From: Saccostrea echinata
Lineage: Eukaryota
DNA: 64,000 nt
NCBI RefSeq assembly: GCF_033153115.1
Contig: NW_026889783.1
Location: 1,922,001 to 1,986,000 of the forward strand
Direction: 5' to 3'
How positions within the stretch are numbered: position 1 is the first letter of the stretch; every line of letters begins with the position of its first letter. Made by a program: the position numbers and the translations under genes. Below the pieces are notes generated by a model. The model did no database searches. It worked only from the letters and a program-made list of their open reading frames with translations, and had not been told where the DNA came from. Below, one piece after another: positions 25,495-38,600 of this stretch.

Positions 25495-26529
25495 TAAATG
25501 AATATCAAAATTCACGCTCATGTTGAACAGTAACGTCTACTCCCTCTACTTTTTTCGAGGGAAAACACCCATAAAATAATCTTGATATTGATTTTATAGA
25601 TAGAATATGAATTATAAAGTAAAAATAAACTCAATTATGCATAAAATTTATTTGAATTGAGCAAATAAACTTTGAGTTCTCTAGGAATCTCTGTTTAGTA
25701 GGACCGCTCAAATTACCAATACGGTTCGGTGTGTATCACTTATTCAGGCATAATATACGCAAAGAAGCGATATTTCATCAGTCTACCATGAAGTAAATAA
25801 ATGAAATATAAGCACTGAATTTTATTGGACATTCGTGTGTCACAACACGGACGTTTGACAATCGCACAACTATTAACGCATACAATTTTTCATCACGTGC
25901 TATTGTGCATAATTCAATTTGTAGCATAGCGTTCAAGTTAAGACACGATGAACATCCAAATTTTCAATTCAAAGCTTACTTGAAAATAAATCTTTAATTA
26001 AAAATTCAAATATGGTTAGTGCTTACCAGTACTTTTAGTACTTTGATTATTGCTGTTTCAGACATTAAATGTTTTGAAATGACCCCTAATCTGAATCGAC
26101 AGCGTCTCTTTGCACCAATGTAACAAATGATTTTATTGGTTCGTTTATTTTAAGACAAACATCACTATTCATCAAAATAACTGTGTCACGGCGAATTTAA
26201 ATATCATTTACATATTCAGTACCATCCAAAAATTGCAAATATACTAATAAAAAACAAGTTATAAGACACAGTTATCTGCCATCCTAATATATTGACGTTT
26301 TCCGAAATTTGTATCGCCCAATGTGAGCTTACCTTGCATCGTACGCAAAGGAGAGCGGTTGTTCAGAAAGAACAAAGAAAAAGAACTTAAAATCCGACAT
26401 ATTTTGAAAAAACAAAACGTAAATGATAACCTATAATAAAATTTCACAAATAGAGCAACAAAATACGTCTTGGGTTAGCTGAATCGAAAGATCCCAGGTA
26501 GCAATTTATTTACATCAGCCATTGCGATA

Positions 26530-26560
26530 GTCACGTGACCAGATTTGTGAAAATGGCGGC
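26530..26560 (+). promoter_or_regulatory. BPTF proximal promoter motifs: palindromic E-box and YY1-type motif
   Basis: GTCACGTGAC (26530-26539) and AAAATGGCGGC (26550-26560), 120-150 bp upstream of the ATG. Confidence 0.55.
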
Positions 26561-26680
26561 TACCCAAAATTTTCAACATGGATTCAAATATGCCATACAC
26601 CGTGTCCATTCATAACACAGAGATGAAACCAGCATAAGAACTGTTCTTCGGGGTCCTAGAAACGTAAGAACTGGATCAAA

Positions 26681-29600
26681 ATGTCGGGTAGAGGTAGGAG
26701 AGCAAGGGGCCGGCCTCCAAAAACCCCTTTGTCGACAAACAGAACCAATTTTTTAAGAAAACCGAAAGCCTACCAGGCACGAAGCGATGCATCAAGTGAC
26801 CCCAATTCTAGATCTAGTACACCAGTCAGCATACCAGGTACTCCGACGAGAGGAAGGGGGAGATCTAGAGAAGCGTCCTATAAAGGGAGAAATTTTATAC
26901 ACAGCTTGTTTGATGAAGATGAGGCATCCCGATCCAGCATGGATCCCGAGGAGAGAAGCAGCGATGTCGCGGAGGATATTGAGCCTCTTGATGAGGATTC
27001 TGACAGTGTGTATGATGAGTCTGATTCAGATTACAGTGATGATAGCTATAGTACACAAAGTTCCACTAGCAAGAGGAAACTCTTTTATTTTCGTAGACCA
27101 AAAACACCTGAGTTATTAGATGACAAGGATATACCTCAGTTAGACTTACCAAGCAGTTCAAATGATTTACTTATACCCTCTGAATATTTAATGATGTGCT
27201 TGGGTGTTTACGAAGTCATTCGACATTTCAGAGTTATATTAAGATTATCCCCATTCACTTTTGAAGATTTCTGTGCAGCTCTATATAGTGATGAAGTTTC
27301 AACTTTACTTAATGAAACTCACATAACTCTTTTGAAATCTCTTTTACGGGAAGAAGATGGCAATAATACCACTTTTGGACCTACTGATCTGAAAGACAGC
27401 ATTAATGCATCTTTATATTTTATTGACTCCATGACGTGGCCAGAGTTGGTGAGAAGTTATTTAGACAGCGACCGTTTATCAGAAAACAAAGAAGCGCTGG
27501 AAGTTTTAGAGAAAAGTACCGAATATCCATTTGTTTCATTTCAAGAAAGATTGAAAGTCTTGAAAGTGTTAACAGACTTGTTTCTCTCAACAAATAGTGT
27601 AAGGGAAGAAATCATGAATGAAGGCAATATTCAATATGATGATCACTGCAGAGCTTGTCACAAGTAAGCTTAAAGTTCATGATATGTCAAATGTTTATTG
27701 TATACCTGAAACTTTTACCCAAATCTGTCTTATTCTGTATGTAGAGGATATTCAATGTTTTGTAGATGAATATGGAACTTATTTCACGAGTGGGACAGGA
27801 TTTTTTTTATATTTTCACGAGTGCGAAGCACGAGTGAAAATATCAAAAAATCCTGTCTCACGAGTGAAATAAATTCCATACTCATCTACAAAACATTGAA
27901 TTTTCTGTTTATTACATTTTCTTTGATTTTCCCTTTGCCTCAGTCTTTTCTTAACACAGTGTCATAGGCTTGACGTCATAGTTGAGTGGTTGAGACGTCA
28001 TAGCTTAGCAGTTGTGTGATTGAAAACATTACATAGCATGGATTTTAGCAACATATTTGGGAAGAAATTTGCAGTTTTACCTCTATCAAGATTCTTAGTT
28101 ATTATATCTATCTTATGACAGGCCAGAAATTATTTTTCACTTAATTTGATATCCTTTCACACTGCGAGAGAATATCATTTTGGTATCCTTTCACACTGTG
28201 AGAGAATATCACTTTTATTCAATGAATAAATCACAGTATTTCACTGTTGAAAATGTAATAAAATATTATATATCTCTATATAATGATCAGATTCTTTTTC
28301 TTTTTGCATTTTTTTTTACATTGTTTATGCTATATTTCCATCATCACATAGGTTTAAATAAAATCCAAGCTTTATCTTTTTTTCTCTTAGACTTGGTGAC
28401 TTGCTGTGTTGTGAGACATGTTCTGCTGTGTATCATCTGGCCTGTGTAGAACCTCCAATGGAGGAAGTGCCAGAAGAAGACTGGGTTTGCACAATCTGTA
28501 AGGCACACAAGGTAATGATGTCAAGCTAGGTCACTTACTGTTAATACTTTTACCAGTACTGACATCAAAATTGCACCTTGGTGATCCTTTCACTCTTGTG
28601 GTATAACAAAATTTTTTAAGCATGATCATAATTATAGTTTTAATTGTAAATGCTAGCAAGTAAATTCTGATTCATTTAAAAAAAAAAAAATTGGAGTAGA
28701 TCTTTTATTTTTGGAGTACCGGGTATATGATCTTTTTTTTAAGAAAATAGATATTATTATTTTTCGCTATCATTCTCAGGTATCTGATTGGCTCGAACTA
28801 GTTCACATGATCAAGTATAAATCATCTTATAAACTGAGTTTTTTTCTATTTTAAGCTTCTAGAAAAGCCTATAAACCGGGTGTTTCTAAACCTGGAAACA
28901 TTTTTCAGTGAAGCAACAAGAGTGATGACATCACAATAGTCATTATAAACTGGATGTTTCTAAAAACAGATACTCCAGCCGCTTTGTGTAATTTGTGATC
29001 ATTCTATATGCTTTCTCTAAGGTCTATATATCTCGGGATAGACCTTAGAGAAAGGCTATTTTTGTATAATAATTATACATAAAAAAGAATTGATATTAGA
29101 TGTTTATGTTTTTCATGTTGAACACATATTTCAGTCAAAATTGTTCCAGATTTGGGAAATTGCACTTGAAGTTGATACATTAGAGCAGACTTACGTACTT
29201 TATATCACTCTATTAAGTTGGATTACAGTTTCCATATCCTAATTTTTTTGAACTTGAAAATGAAACTTTCCTCCTGATTTTATTGTTATTTTTTAAATCT
29301 TGTATATGACAGGTTAAAGGTGTGACAGATTGTGCATCAGAGGCAGAAAAAAGTGGGTTACTTTGCAGACAAGAACCAATCGGGTTTGATCGACATCGAA
29401 GGAAATACTGGTTCCTCTGCAGGAGAATAGTTGTGTAAGTCAAAGTTTCTTTATTTTGGTTTTGAGATATACATGTATATACAGGGATAGAAATTATTAT
29501 TTTTGTTTACTGGTCACTCGGGCTATCGCCTTAAATTTTTACTGGTCATATTAGTACTTCCACTGTCCCATATGGCCAGTAGATTTTAAAAAGACTGGCC

Positions 29601-32600
29601 CCAAACCATAATAATAGTAATATTTTGTTTATATTTTGATACTTAGAAGCACAACTTAACAAAACAAGAAACAGCAGGAGTTGGGACACACAACCCTGTC
29701 AAGTTAACTAGCCCGACTGTGAATGAATTTTATTATGCACAAAAAACCCCCTGACACAAAGGGCACATGCCCTCAGCAATGTACTAGCCCAGACTGAAAA
29801 TTCACTTGCCCCAGACCAGTGGGCCATCAATTATTTTGAGCCCTGATATAGTACACATACTTCAAATTCAAAGGTTAACTACAAATTTAAGAATACTTTA
29901 GAAAGGCATTTCAAAATGTTAGCAGGCATTATATGACCTGCCCTAAATGATTCTAGATATATCAACAGTTTTTGTGAAGAATTCATTTTAGTTTTTCTGG
30001 ACAGCATCCTTGTAAAATATTTTATGTCTTTGTGTGAACATAACAAATGTTGACAAAGTGTTTTCTATCCTACATCAAGATGGACTTAAACTGAAAATGC
30101 AGAAGTGTAAATTTTTCAAACCAGCTCTGCAATATTTGGGCCAGCCGTAGAACCTTGTACTGACAAAAAACTTCATTCACAATAACATCTTTTGGAATAA
30201 CTGATACATTTCTAGGAGAAGTTTCATGTCATAACTTTTCTCTGTGGTGCTTGCTTTAGTGAAATCATGCATTGCATGATTATCCCCCTTGTATAAGATA
30301 TTTTCAGTGAACAGCACTTGCATCTTTCCATGCTTACTGTAGGATTCTTGTTTTATTACAGGGAGAGTGAAGATTCTGTCTGGTACTATAGCACAAAGCC
30401 TCAGTTTGATGAACTTTTGGAAGTATTAGACAAGAACAACTATGAGAAAGACTTGGTTATGACTCTGTTAGAGTTCAAGGAGGATGTGCTAAAGCACATG
30501 TCTATCACTGAGGAACTGACCAACAGTCACAAAGGCAATAGGAAATCAGCATTAGAGATTGAAATAGGTTTGTCAAAAAATATCATTCCTGGCATGAATT
30601 CATTGGAGTAAAGTAAAAAAAATTTTGAAGAGGTTATCTATAAACAGTTATGATTCTTCTTCCTTATAGTAAAGATTAGTTTGGCAGAGATATTGAATTT
30701 TAAGTTTAATTAACGTCTTATGTAGGTCAGTTACAGAAGACTCAGACAGAAAGAGCTGCAAGGAAAGCCAAAGAGGAGGAAGAGAGGAAAGCCAGGGAAG
30801 AAGAGGAGGCCAGGCAGATGGAAGAGGAGAGGATCCAAAGGGAAATCATTGACCTTGATGGTCCAGAGATGAATGGGGACATTAATGAAAACTCTAACTC
30901 AAGACCAATGAACTTCAACTCTTCTGTGGTATGTTGTTCTTAATGTATATTGATTAAAAATATTTCTGACCCATCTGCTTTATTAACAACAAATTAATTA
31001 ATCAATTAACAACAGATTATGTTCAAAAAGTTTTCATGAATAATAATATGTGATTGATATCAGGTTGAAGAAGTAGTGATGTCGGAGGAAATGGAAGTAA
31101 TAGCTACTACTAGTGAAGTTACTACGTCACAAACTATAGTAAGTGAAGCTGGAAAGACTGAGGCTCATTTACACCAGCTGGTAGAGACTGTGACCACAAC
31201 AACAGTCAAAACAGTGACCAGCACAAAGGTGTCAAACTCTGAGGAAGCCATGGAAACTGACTCAGGTGATCAAACAAACCAACCCAATGATGATGTCATC
31301 CTGCTTGAAAAAAATGGACAAGGCCCAAACCCTGACCTCAAGTCCTTTGAGATTAAGAAAGTGGACAAAACTCCTGATGGTGTTAAGTCTACCATTATGA
31401 ATGTGCAATCTGTGTGTCCGAATGTCAAACCCACTGTTCTGAAGGTGACAGAGGACAGTTCTCAGAAGTCCCCACAGACAAGGACAGTGCTGATCGTAAA
31501 CCGTGATGGAAATCGGGTGACTTTGGCAGTCAGTAAACAACCTATAACATCATCACAGAGTTCAGATGGCATTGACACAGTAGTAACCCAGAACTCTACA
31601 GAAAACACAACAGTAGTCTCATCCTCAGGTATGCTTATGTCTACAAGTTATAAAATTCTTGTATGTGGCGACTTGCAGCCAAGTTGTATGTGTACATAAT
31701 ATGTCCTGTTTATAGATGCCAGAAGGATAGTGACCCGATCCAAAACTGGTTCCCTGACCCCCAAACAGTTCACAGACTCAGTCACATCAACCACAGCCAC
31801 CATCAAGAATAGGTCTTCTGATGATGTCCTTGTGATCAACAAGGATGGCGACATTACCCGAGTCACTCGCAGTAAAAGTGCCTTAATGACGCATCAGTCT
31901 GTTTACTTCAAATTAGGTATCAGGATTTATCATACAAAGTACATGCATTTGTTAAATTATATTAGTTTTTTTTTTTTGCTTTCCAGTTTCCATGTTAACA
32001 AGAATAAATATACATATACCTGAATAATTCAAAATTGTAAAATACAGGAAGTAATGATACAGTAATTAGTTAATTCACACCTGCAATTGTTTTGTGAAGT
32101 GTTGATACATGTCATAAATATTGAGTATGTAAGCATATTGTGAAATTCATGGTAATTTTTGTAGGAATGGAGAACAATTTCAAGACATATCAGAATCAGT
32201 ACTCCAGTAACCCCCTGGCTCTGAACAAACACCAGCATAACGAGGAGCGGGACAAACGACGCTACCTCTCACACAAGTTCAGTCTCACTCAGCTGAGCGA
32301 GTTTAAGTGGAACGGGACATTGGTTGGTAGGAAGAATCTGGTCATTAATACTCTGATGATGACCATTACACAGTTAGAGAACAACATCCCCACCGCCTTC
32401 CTGCATCCTCACTGGCCACTGCACCGTACTAACTGGAATAATGCTGTCCAGTTATGTAGATCACCAGCAGACTTTGGCCTGGCTCTCTCTATACTGGAGG
32501 CTTGTATGAAACCTGTCCTGTTTAACCCAGTGTGGACGGAAGCTCTAGGTTTGTGTCTAAACATCAGGGTAGATTATTGTAATTTGTTTGGTATTATATA

Positions 32601-35600
32601 TGTACATAAACATTGGTTTTTTGCAGATATGTTGCAAGTGCATGTACATATACTGTATATCATGTACATCTGACAGTAATGTAAAAAAAATGTAGATTTT
32701 CATTAGTCTTTATACATGTATATTTTTCTAACATTAGGTCACTCCAAACTGATGAAAATCACATCCTTAGATAGAGAGGAGATGAAGAAACGAGAGAAGG
32801 AGTTGAGGAAGAAGAAAGAGGAGGATGAGGAGAGCCGAGGACCTCTGGTCTGGATCAAGTACACTCTGGGTCTGAAACATCAGGTAAGCCAAGGACCTCT
32901 GGTGTAGATCAGGCACACTCTGGGTCTGAAACATCAGGTAAGTCGAGGACCTCTGGTGTAGATCAAGTACACTCTGGGTCTGAAACATCAGGTTAGTCGG
33001 ACCTCTGGTCTGGATCAAGTACACTCTGGGTTTGAAACATCAGGTAAGCCAAGGACCTCTGGTGTAGATCAAGTACACTCAGTCTCTGGGTCTGAAACAT
33101 CAGGTAAGCCAAGGACCTCTGGTGTAGATCAAGTAGACTCTGGTCTGAAACATCAGGTAAGTTGAGGACCTCTGGTCTGGATCAAGTACACTCTGGGTCT
33201 GAAACATCAGGTAAACTGAGGACTTCTGGTGTAGATCAAGTACACTCTGGGTCTGAAACATCATGTAAGCCAAGGACCTCTGGTGTAGATCAAGTACACT
33301 CTGGGTCTGAAACATTATGTAAGCTGAGGACATATGGTGTAGATCAAGTACACTCTGGGTCTGAAACATCAGGTAAGTGGAGGACCTCTGGTCTTAATCA
33401 AGTACACTCTGGGTCTGAAACATCAGGTAAACTGAGGACTTCTGGTGTAGATCAAGTACACTCTGGGTCTGAAACATCAGGTAAGTCGAGGACCTCTGGT
33501 CTGGATCAAATACACTCTGGGTCTGAAACATCAGGTAAGCTGAGGACCTCTGGTTTGGACCAAGTACACTCTGGGTCTGAAACATCAGGTAAGTCGAGGA
33601 CCTCTGGTCTGGATCAAGTACACTCTGGGTCTGAAACATCAGGTAAGCTGAGAACCTCTTGTCTAGACCAAGTACACTGGGTCTGAAACATCAGGTAAGC
33701 TGAGGACCTCTGGTCTAGACCATGTACACTCTGGTTCTGAAACATCAGGTAAGTCGAAGACCTCTGGATCAAGTATACACTGGGTCTGAAACATCAGGTA
33801 AGTCGAGGACCTCTGGTCTGGATCAAGTAGACTCTGGTCTGAAACATCAGGTAAGCCGGGGACCTCTGGTCTGGATCAAGTAGACTCTGGTCTGAAACAT
33901 CAGGTAAGCCGAGGACCTCTGGTTTGGATCAAGTAACTCTGGTCTGAAACATCAGGTAGGGAAGTAAACAAATTATAATACTGTAAAACATGCCTATATG
34001 AAGTTCCTGGGGCAATCAATTTTGCTTTAATATAAATGTAATCTGTTTTATCCATTAAGTTTACAATATGTTATAAAACCAGGAGATAAAAATCACTTCA
34101 AGCATGAATTCATTATAAGCATGTGCTCTACTGTACTAATGAGAAGTTTAACAGATTTTTAAAACATGGGTTAGTATTTAATTTGTGTTTCTGTTCTAGG
34201 TGTGGAAACAAAGGGGTGAGGAATACAGAGTAACAGGGGGTCAAGGCTGGCTTTGGGTGTCCAAAACTAGACAAGGTAACTTTGTGTCCCAGGACAGTGT
34301 GGGTCTGAGGAATGTAGCTCGCAAGTTACAGGCCCGAAAACGAAAGGCAGAGGAAAAACAGGAGGAAAATCAGGAGGATAGCAAGGAAGAATCAACAGCA
34401 AAGAAAGTGAAGGAAGAGGGTGGGCAGGAGTCAACAGAGACAATAAAAGAGGAAGGGAAAATGGAAGTTATGCAGACAGTCAAAGAGGAAAATTCCGAAG
34501 TGGAAGTGTATCCACAAGGTGAAAAAATGGATGTTGATGAGAAACCTGTAGAAACTAAAAAGGAGGAGGATAGTGGAGAAAGTGGAACAAAGGAAGATAA
34601 GGTGGAAAGTGGAGAAACTCCACAGTTGAAAACAGAGAATAGAAAGAATGAAGTATTTAAGGGTAACACAAAGAAAACAGATAATGATCAGGATGTCACC
34701 ATTGACATTGAAACTTCAAGTCCAGTAAAACACACAAAAGTATCATCTATCATTGAGACAAGCAAAGTAACAAATGACTTTTCTGCCACAGGTGGTACAA
34801 AAGAATCTGGTTTACCACCAAAAGCAGATGTTGATCTCATAAATGTGACAAAAGGCATGAACGAACGAACTTTTTATCCAAAAGTCACTAAACCCTATGC
34901 AAAATTAGATTCCTTATTGGTGAAACGTTTAAAACAAGAAGAAATTGAGATTAAACAAAGACAAGCTTTGCAGCAGCAGATAAATTGGAAATTGAAATCT
35001 CAACTCAAAACAGAGCCAGATCAGCATTCTATAAAAACAGAAACAGTTAAAATGGAGGAAAATAAGCCATTCACTGATACAAGTACATCAGAAGAGAGTG
35101 AAGATCTTCCCTCCTTTACTTGCTATTCTTATCTATGTCGAAGTGGAGAGGGTTCTTGTTATTCTTGTCTCTGTATGCAGCAACAGTCTGAGGACGAGGC
35201 CATGATGAATCTGACAGGTAACACACAACAGGAGAACACGTCTGATACTGAAATGGAGGAAGACGAAGAAGAGGAGGATGTGGATGTAGAGGGAGATGGA
35301 AAACCTTCTCCTCAGAAGATAGCCCCGGTCAAGGAGGAGAAGGCAGAGGTCAAACAGGAGGAGGAAAAAATGGACACCACCGAGACTGATCATAAGATTG
35401 TTAAATCAGAACCCGAGACCAAATCGATTATCCTGAAACCTGTAGGGAGTACGTCCAGTACAGGCACCGCAGCAAAAACCACAAGTAGTGCTGTGGCACA
35501 GATTCTATCTCAGAAGACTGGATTGAAGGCCAATCAGATGACCCAAGCTCAGCAAGCATTGAGACAAGCCATTGATAAGATGAGTGTTGAGGAACTCAGA

Positions 35601-38600
35601 AGTAAAATGCCTCCACTCAGAACAACCAAGGAACCAATCAAACTGGTCAAGTTTGCAAAAATGGGTCAAAGGCTGCCAGCAAAAAAGAAAGCCACATTAC
35701 CCTCCTGTCACAAGTTTTTGACTCCAAGTGGAAGGAAAACATTGTTTGCACTTGAAAAACATGAACTGAGGAAAATGTCTCGTAAAGGAGGCAAATGTGA
35801 AACAAAGGCTTTCAACTATAACTGTAAAATGAACAATGTGAATTGGATATACCCATGTCCAAGACCTGTGTTTAAAACTGCTTGGAGATATAGGACTCAG
35901 ACTAGTAAGTCTTATGGAGCTGTGGGTATTCAGTTGAGGATTCTGTGGGCATGTCTTCGCTGGGATGACCTGGCAGTAAAGCCACCAGCTGGGGGCACCA
36001 ACACTATCTCCACAGAGACAGAAATCACAACCAAGGAACTGCTGAAACGAAGGGATGTTGGTCCTCACAATTTACGCTCGGAGTTTTTGGTCAGAAAAAT
36101 AGTCGTACCTCTTGGAGTGCCTACTCAGCCCAAAGGTGAACATTCTTACATATTGTTAGGTTAACTTAAGATGGATAATATTCCTGTGGTAAAATACATT
36201 TTATGAATGCATACATGTATTTACATATAATTGATAATGTCATAACAATTTCTTTTAATCTATTGGTATCTGTAGCTTGATTGTGTCAGATTTAAAATTT
36301 ACATGTACATGTATATTTTTATTATCCATTCAGAGAAGTATACACCCCAGAGAAGTGGTTTAAGGGAGCGGAAGAGGGCAGAATCACCCAAGCAAACAGA
36401 GCCAAGTGTCACAGAGCATTGGACACCAGAGGAGGAGCTAGAACTGTGGGAAATTAAACAGTTTGGAGAAAAGTAAGTTGTTCGTACTGTAACTCAAAAA
36501 TCTGAATATAAAATTTCTTATTTATGCCTGAAATGCCAGTTTCCAAATTAGCCAAATGAGAAGTTGTTTTAAAATTCATTACTTTATGTGTGAACTGCTG
36601 AATTTCAGATTAGCCAGACAGAGGGCAGCCATTCAGGAGAAGTCCAGTCAGGACACAGTTCAGGTACAGCAGACCACATCCGTCAATGCTGCCCAGCTAA
36701 AAGCTCAGTTGGAGCAGCAACTGAAGCAGCAGAGATTGGCCCTACAACAGAAGAGGCTGCTGGAGGCTCAGGGAAAGATTGCTCCTGTCTCTACTTCAGC
36801 TCCCTCAATCATATCAGCCACCCTCAACAGTGCCTCAGGAGGGACAGTCATCAAAACCCTGGGTGGAGCTGTCGGAAGTAGCCTCTTGTCTGGGGCCACC
36901 AGTATTTTGAAAACAGTACAGCCAAAGACCTTGTCTGCAATAACAGGTGAGTTTTTCCGTACTTACATGTACTTTATGTGTGTATTGGAGATAGCAGAAA
37001 TCTCATTCTTAGACTGTGTAAGTTTTCTTTACTTTTTTCTTTTAGTCAATCCTTCAGGAGTAGTAACAACCAATGGAGGAACTCCTATAAGGCCTGTAGT
37101 CAAAGTTCAGCTGCCCATGAGGAGCTCTTTACAGACCTCGTCAGGGGTAACACTGGCTCCCAAACCAGGATCTATTGTAGTTAGTACTGCACAGCCATCA
37201 ACTCTGACAAGATTGATTGTCCCCATTTCAAAACCACAACTCACTCCCACAAAAGGTGAATGGGGTGGATAAATGTATAGTGGCACAGTGATCATTGACT
37301 TGTACTTACTTTGATTTTGTCTAAATCATTGATAATGTTTTTTTTATGTTTTATTTCTGTTGTAGTAAATGTTATAGGAAGTCAGTCATTGCCAACAACC
37401 CCAGCTAGAGTCATTGTTCCTTCATCGGTCCAAACACCCCCTTCTTCAGTTCCTAAATGTAAGCTTCTAAAGGACATGTATATGCAGTAAATAGTCAGAT
37501 TTTTACTGGAAGTAAAAATAATACAGAAAAGAATGCGTTGTTAGTGCACTATATATATTTCTTGATCTATTTTCAGTGCAAATTCGTCCTACAGGTTCTC
37601 CAGGAACCCAGAACCTTCAGATAATTCAAGGCCCCTCAGGTCAACTACAAGTCAGAGGGTTAATGCAGGGTAGGTATCTGTATTTCAAAAGTTTCTAATC
37701 ATTTAAGAATGAAATGATTTTTGCAGTACATAGTCTCTATTCATGAACTATAATTTTTTTTACAGGTCAACAAATTATTCGACTCCCTGATGGCAGACTT
37801 CAGCTTCTGACCTTGCCTCAGTCTGGTGCCACCACACAAGTGGTGACTACAAGTGTTACCTCCTCTCCACAAGCTAGTCTGGCCTCCACGCTCGTCCCTC
37901 CCCGGGGACAGCTGGCTATTCGCCCTACCTCATCAGTGTTAGTTAGCACCAGTACAGGGTTATCAGCCCTGACTGGAACCACCCCCACCCGTATCATTGT
38001 TCCCTCCCAGGCATTGTCCTCAGGAGGTGCCCTTCAGCTTGGCAATTCAACCATTCAAACCAAACAACTCTTAGCACAGTCTTTGGCAGGCCTGGGAAAT
38101 GTAACATCTGTTGATGGAACAGCCACGCTTGTAAAGCCAGCTACCACCACAGTACAGGCAATGGAAACCCCCAAACTGGTGGCTAGTCTGTCCACCCCAT
38201 CTGCTGCTGTCCCTGGAACTAATGTGGCAGCTACTCTCCTGTCACCCCTTAAACTGACCTCTGTTACTCGTCCCATTTTGGTATCATCAGTACCTACCCT
38301 TCCAAAACAGACGTCATCTTCCATCAGTATAGCTCCACCATCCACAGTGCTGTTGCCTGTCAAAGTGTCAACTGCTATAGCTGCAACAACCACTACACCT
38401 CGACTGGTGTCACCTCCTCAGACAATTCAGCAGCAACTGGTACTGCAGAAAAGTCCACCCCAGGCTGTTACATCATCCCCACGTACTACCACAGTGGCTC
38501 CCTCTACTCCTACATCCTCCACAAAATATGCCGTCACTCCACAGGTTGTGCAACAAGGTACATGAACTGAACCATTTTGTGAATTTTTTTTAGCATGATT

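Noticed and set aside
32833-33958. CRISPR-like appearance and ORFs 33162-33686 (+), 32767-33024, 33100-33369 and 33394-33639 (-)
   Set aside because: Contiguous tandem units with no unique spacers, no cas genes and a eukaryotic intron context. The ORFs arise because the unit length is a multiple of 3.
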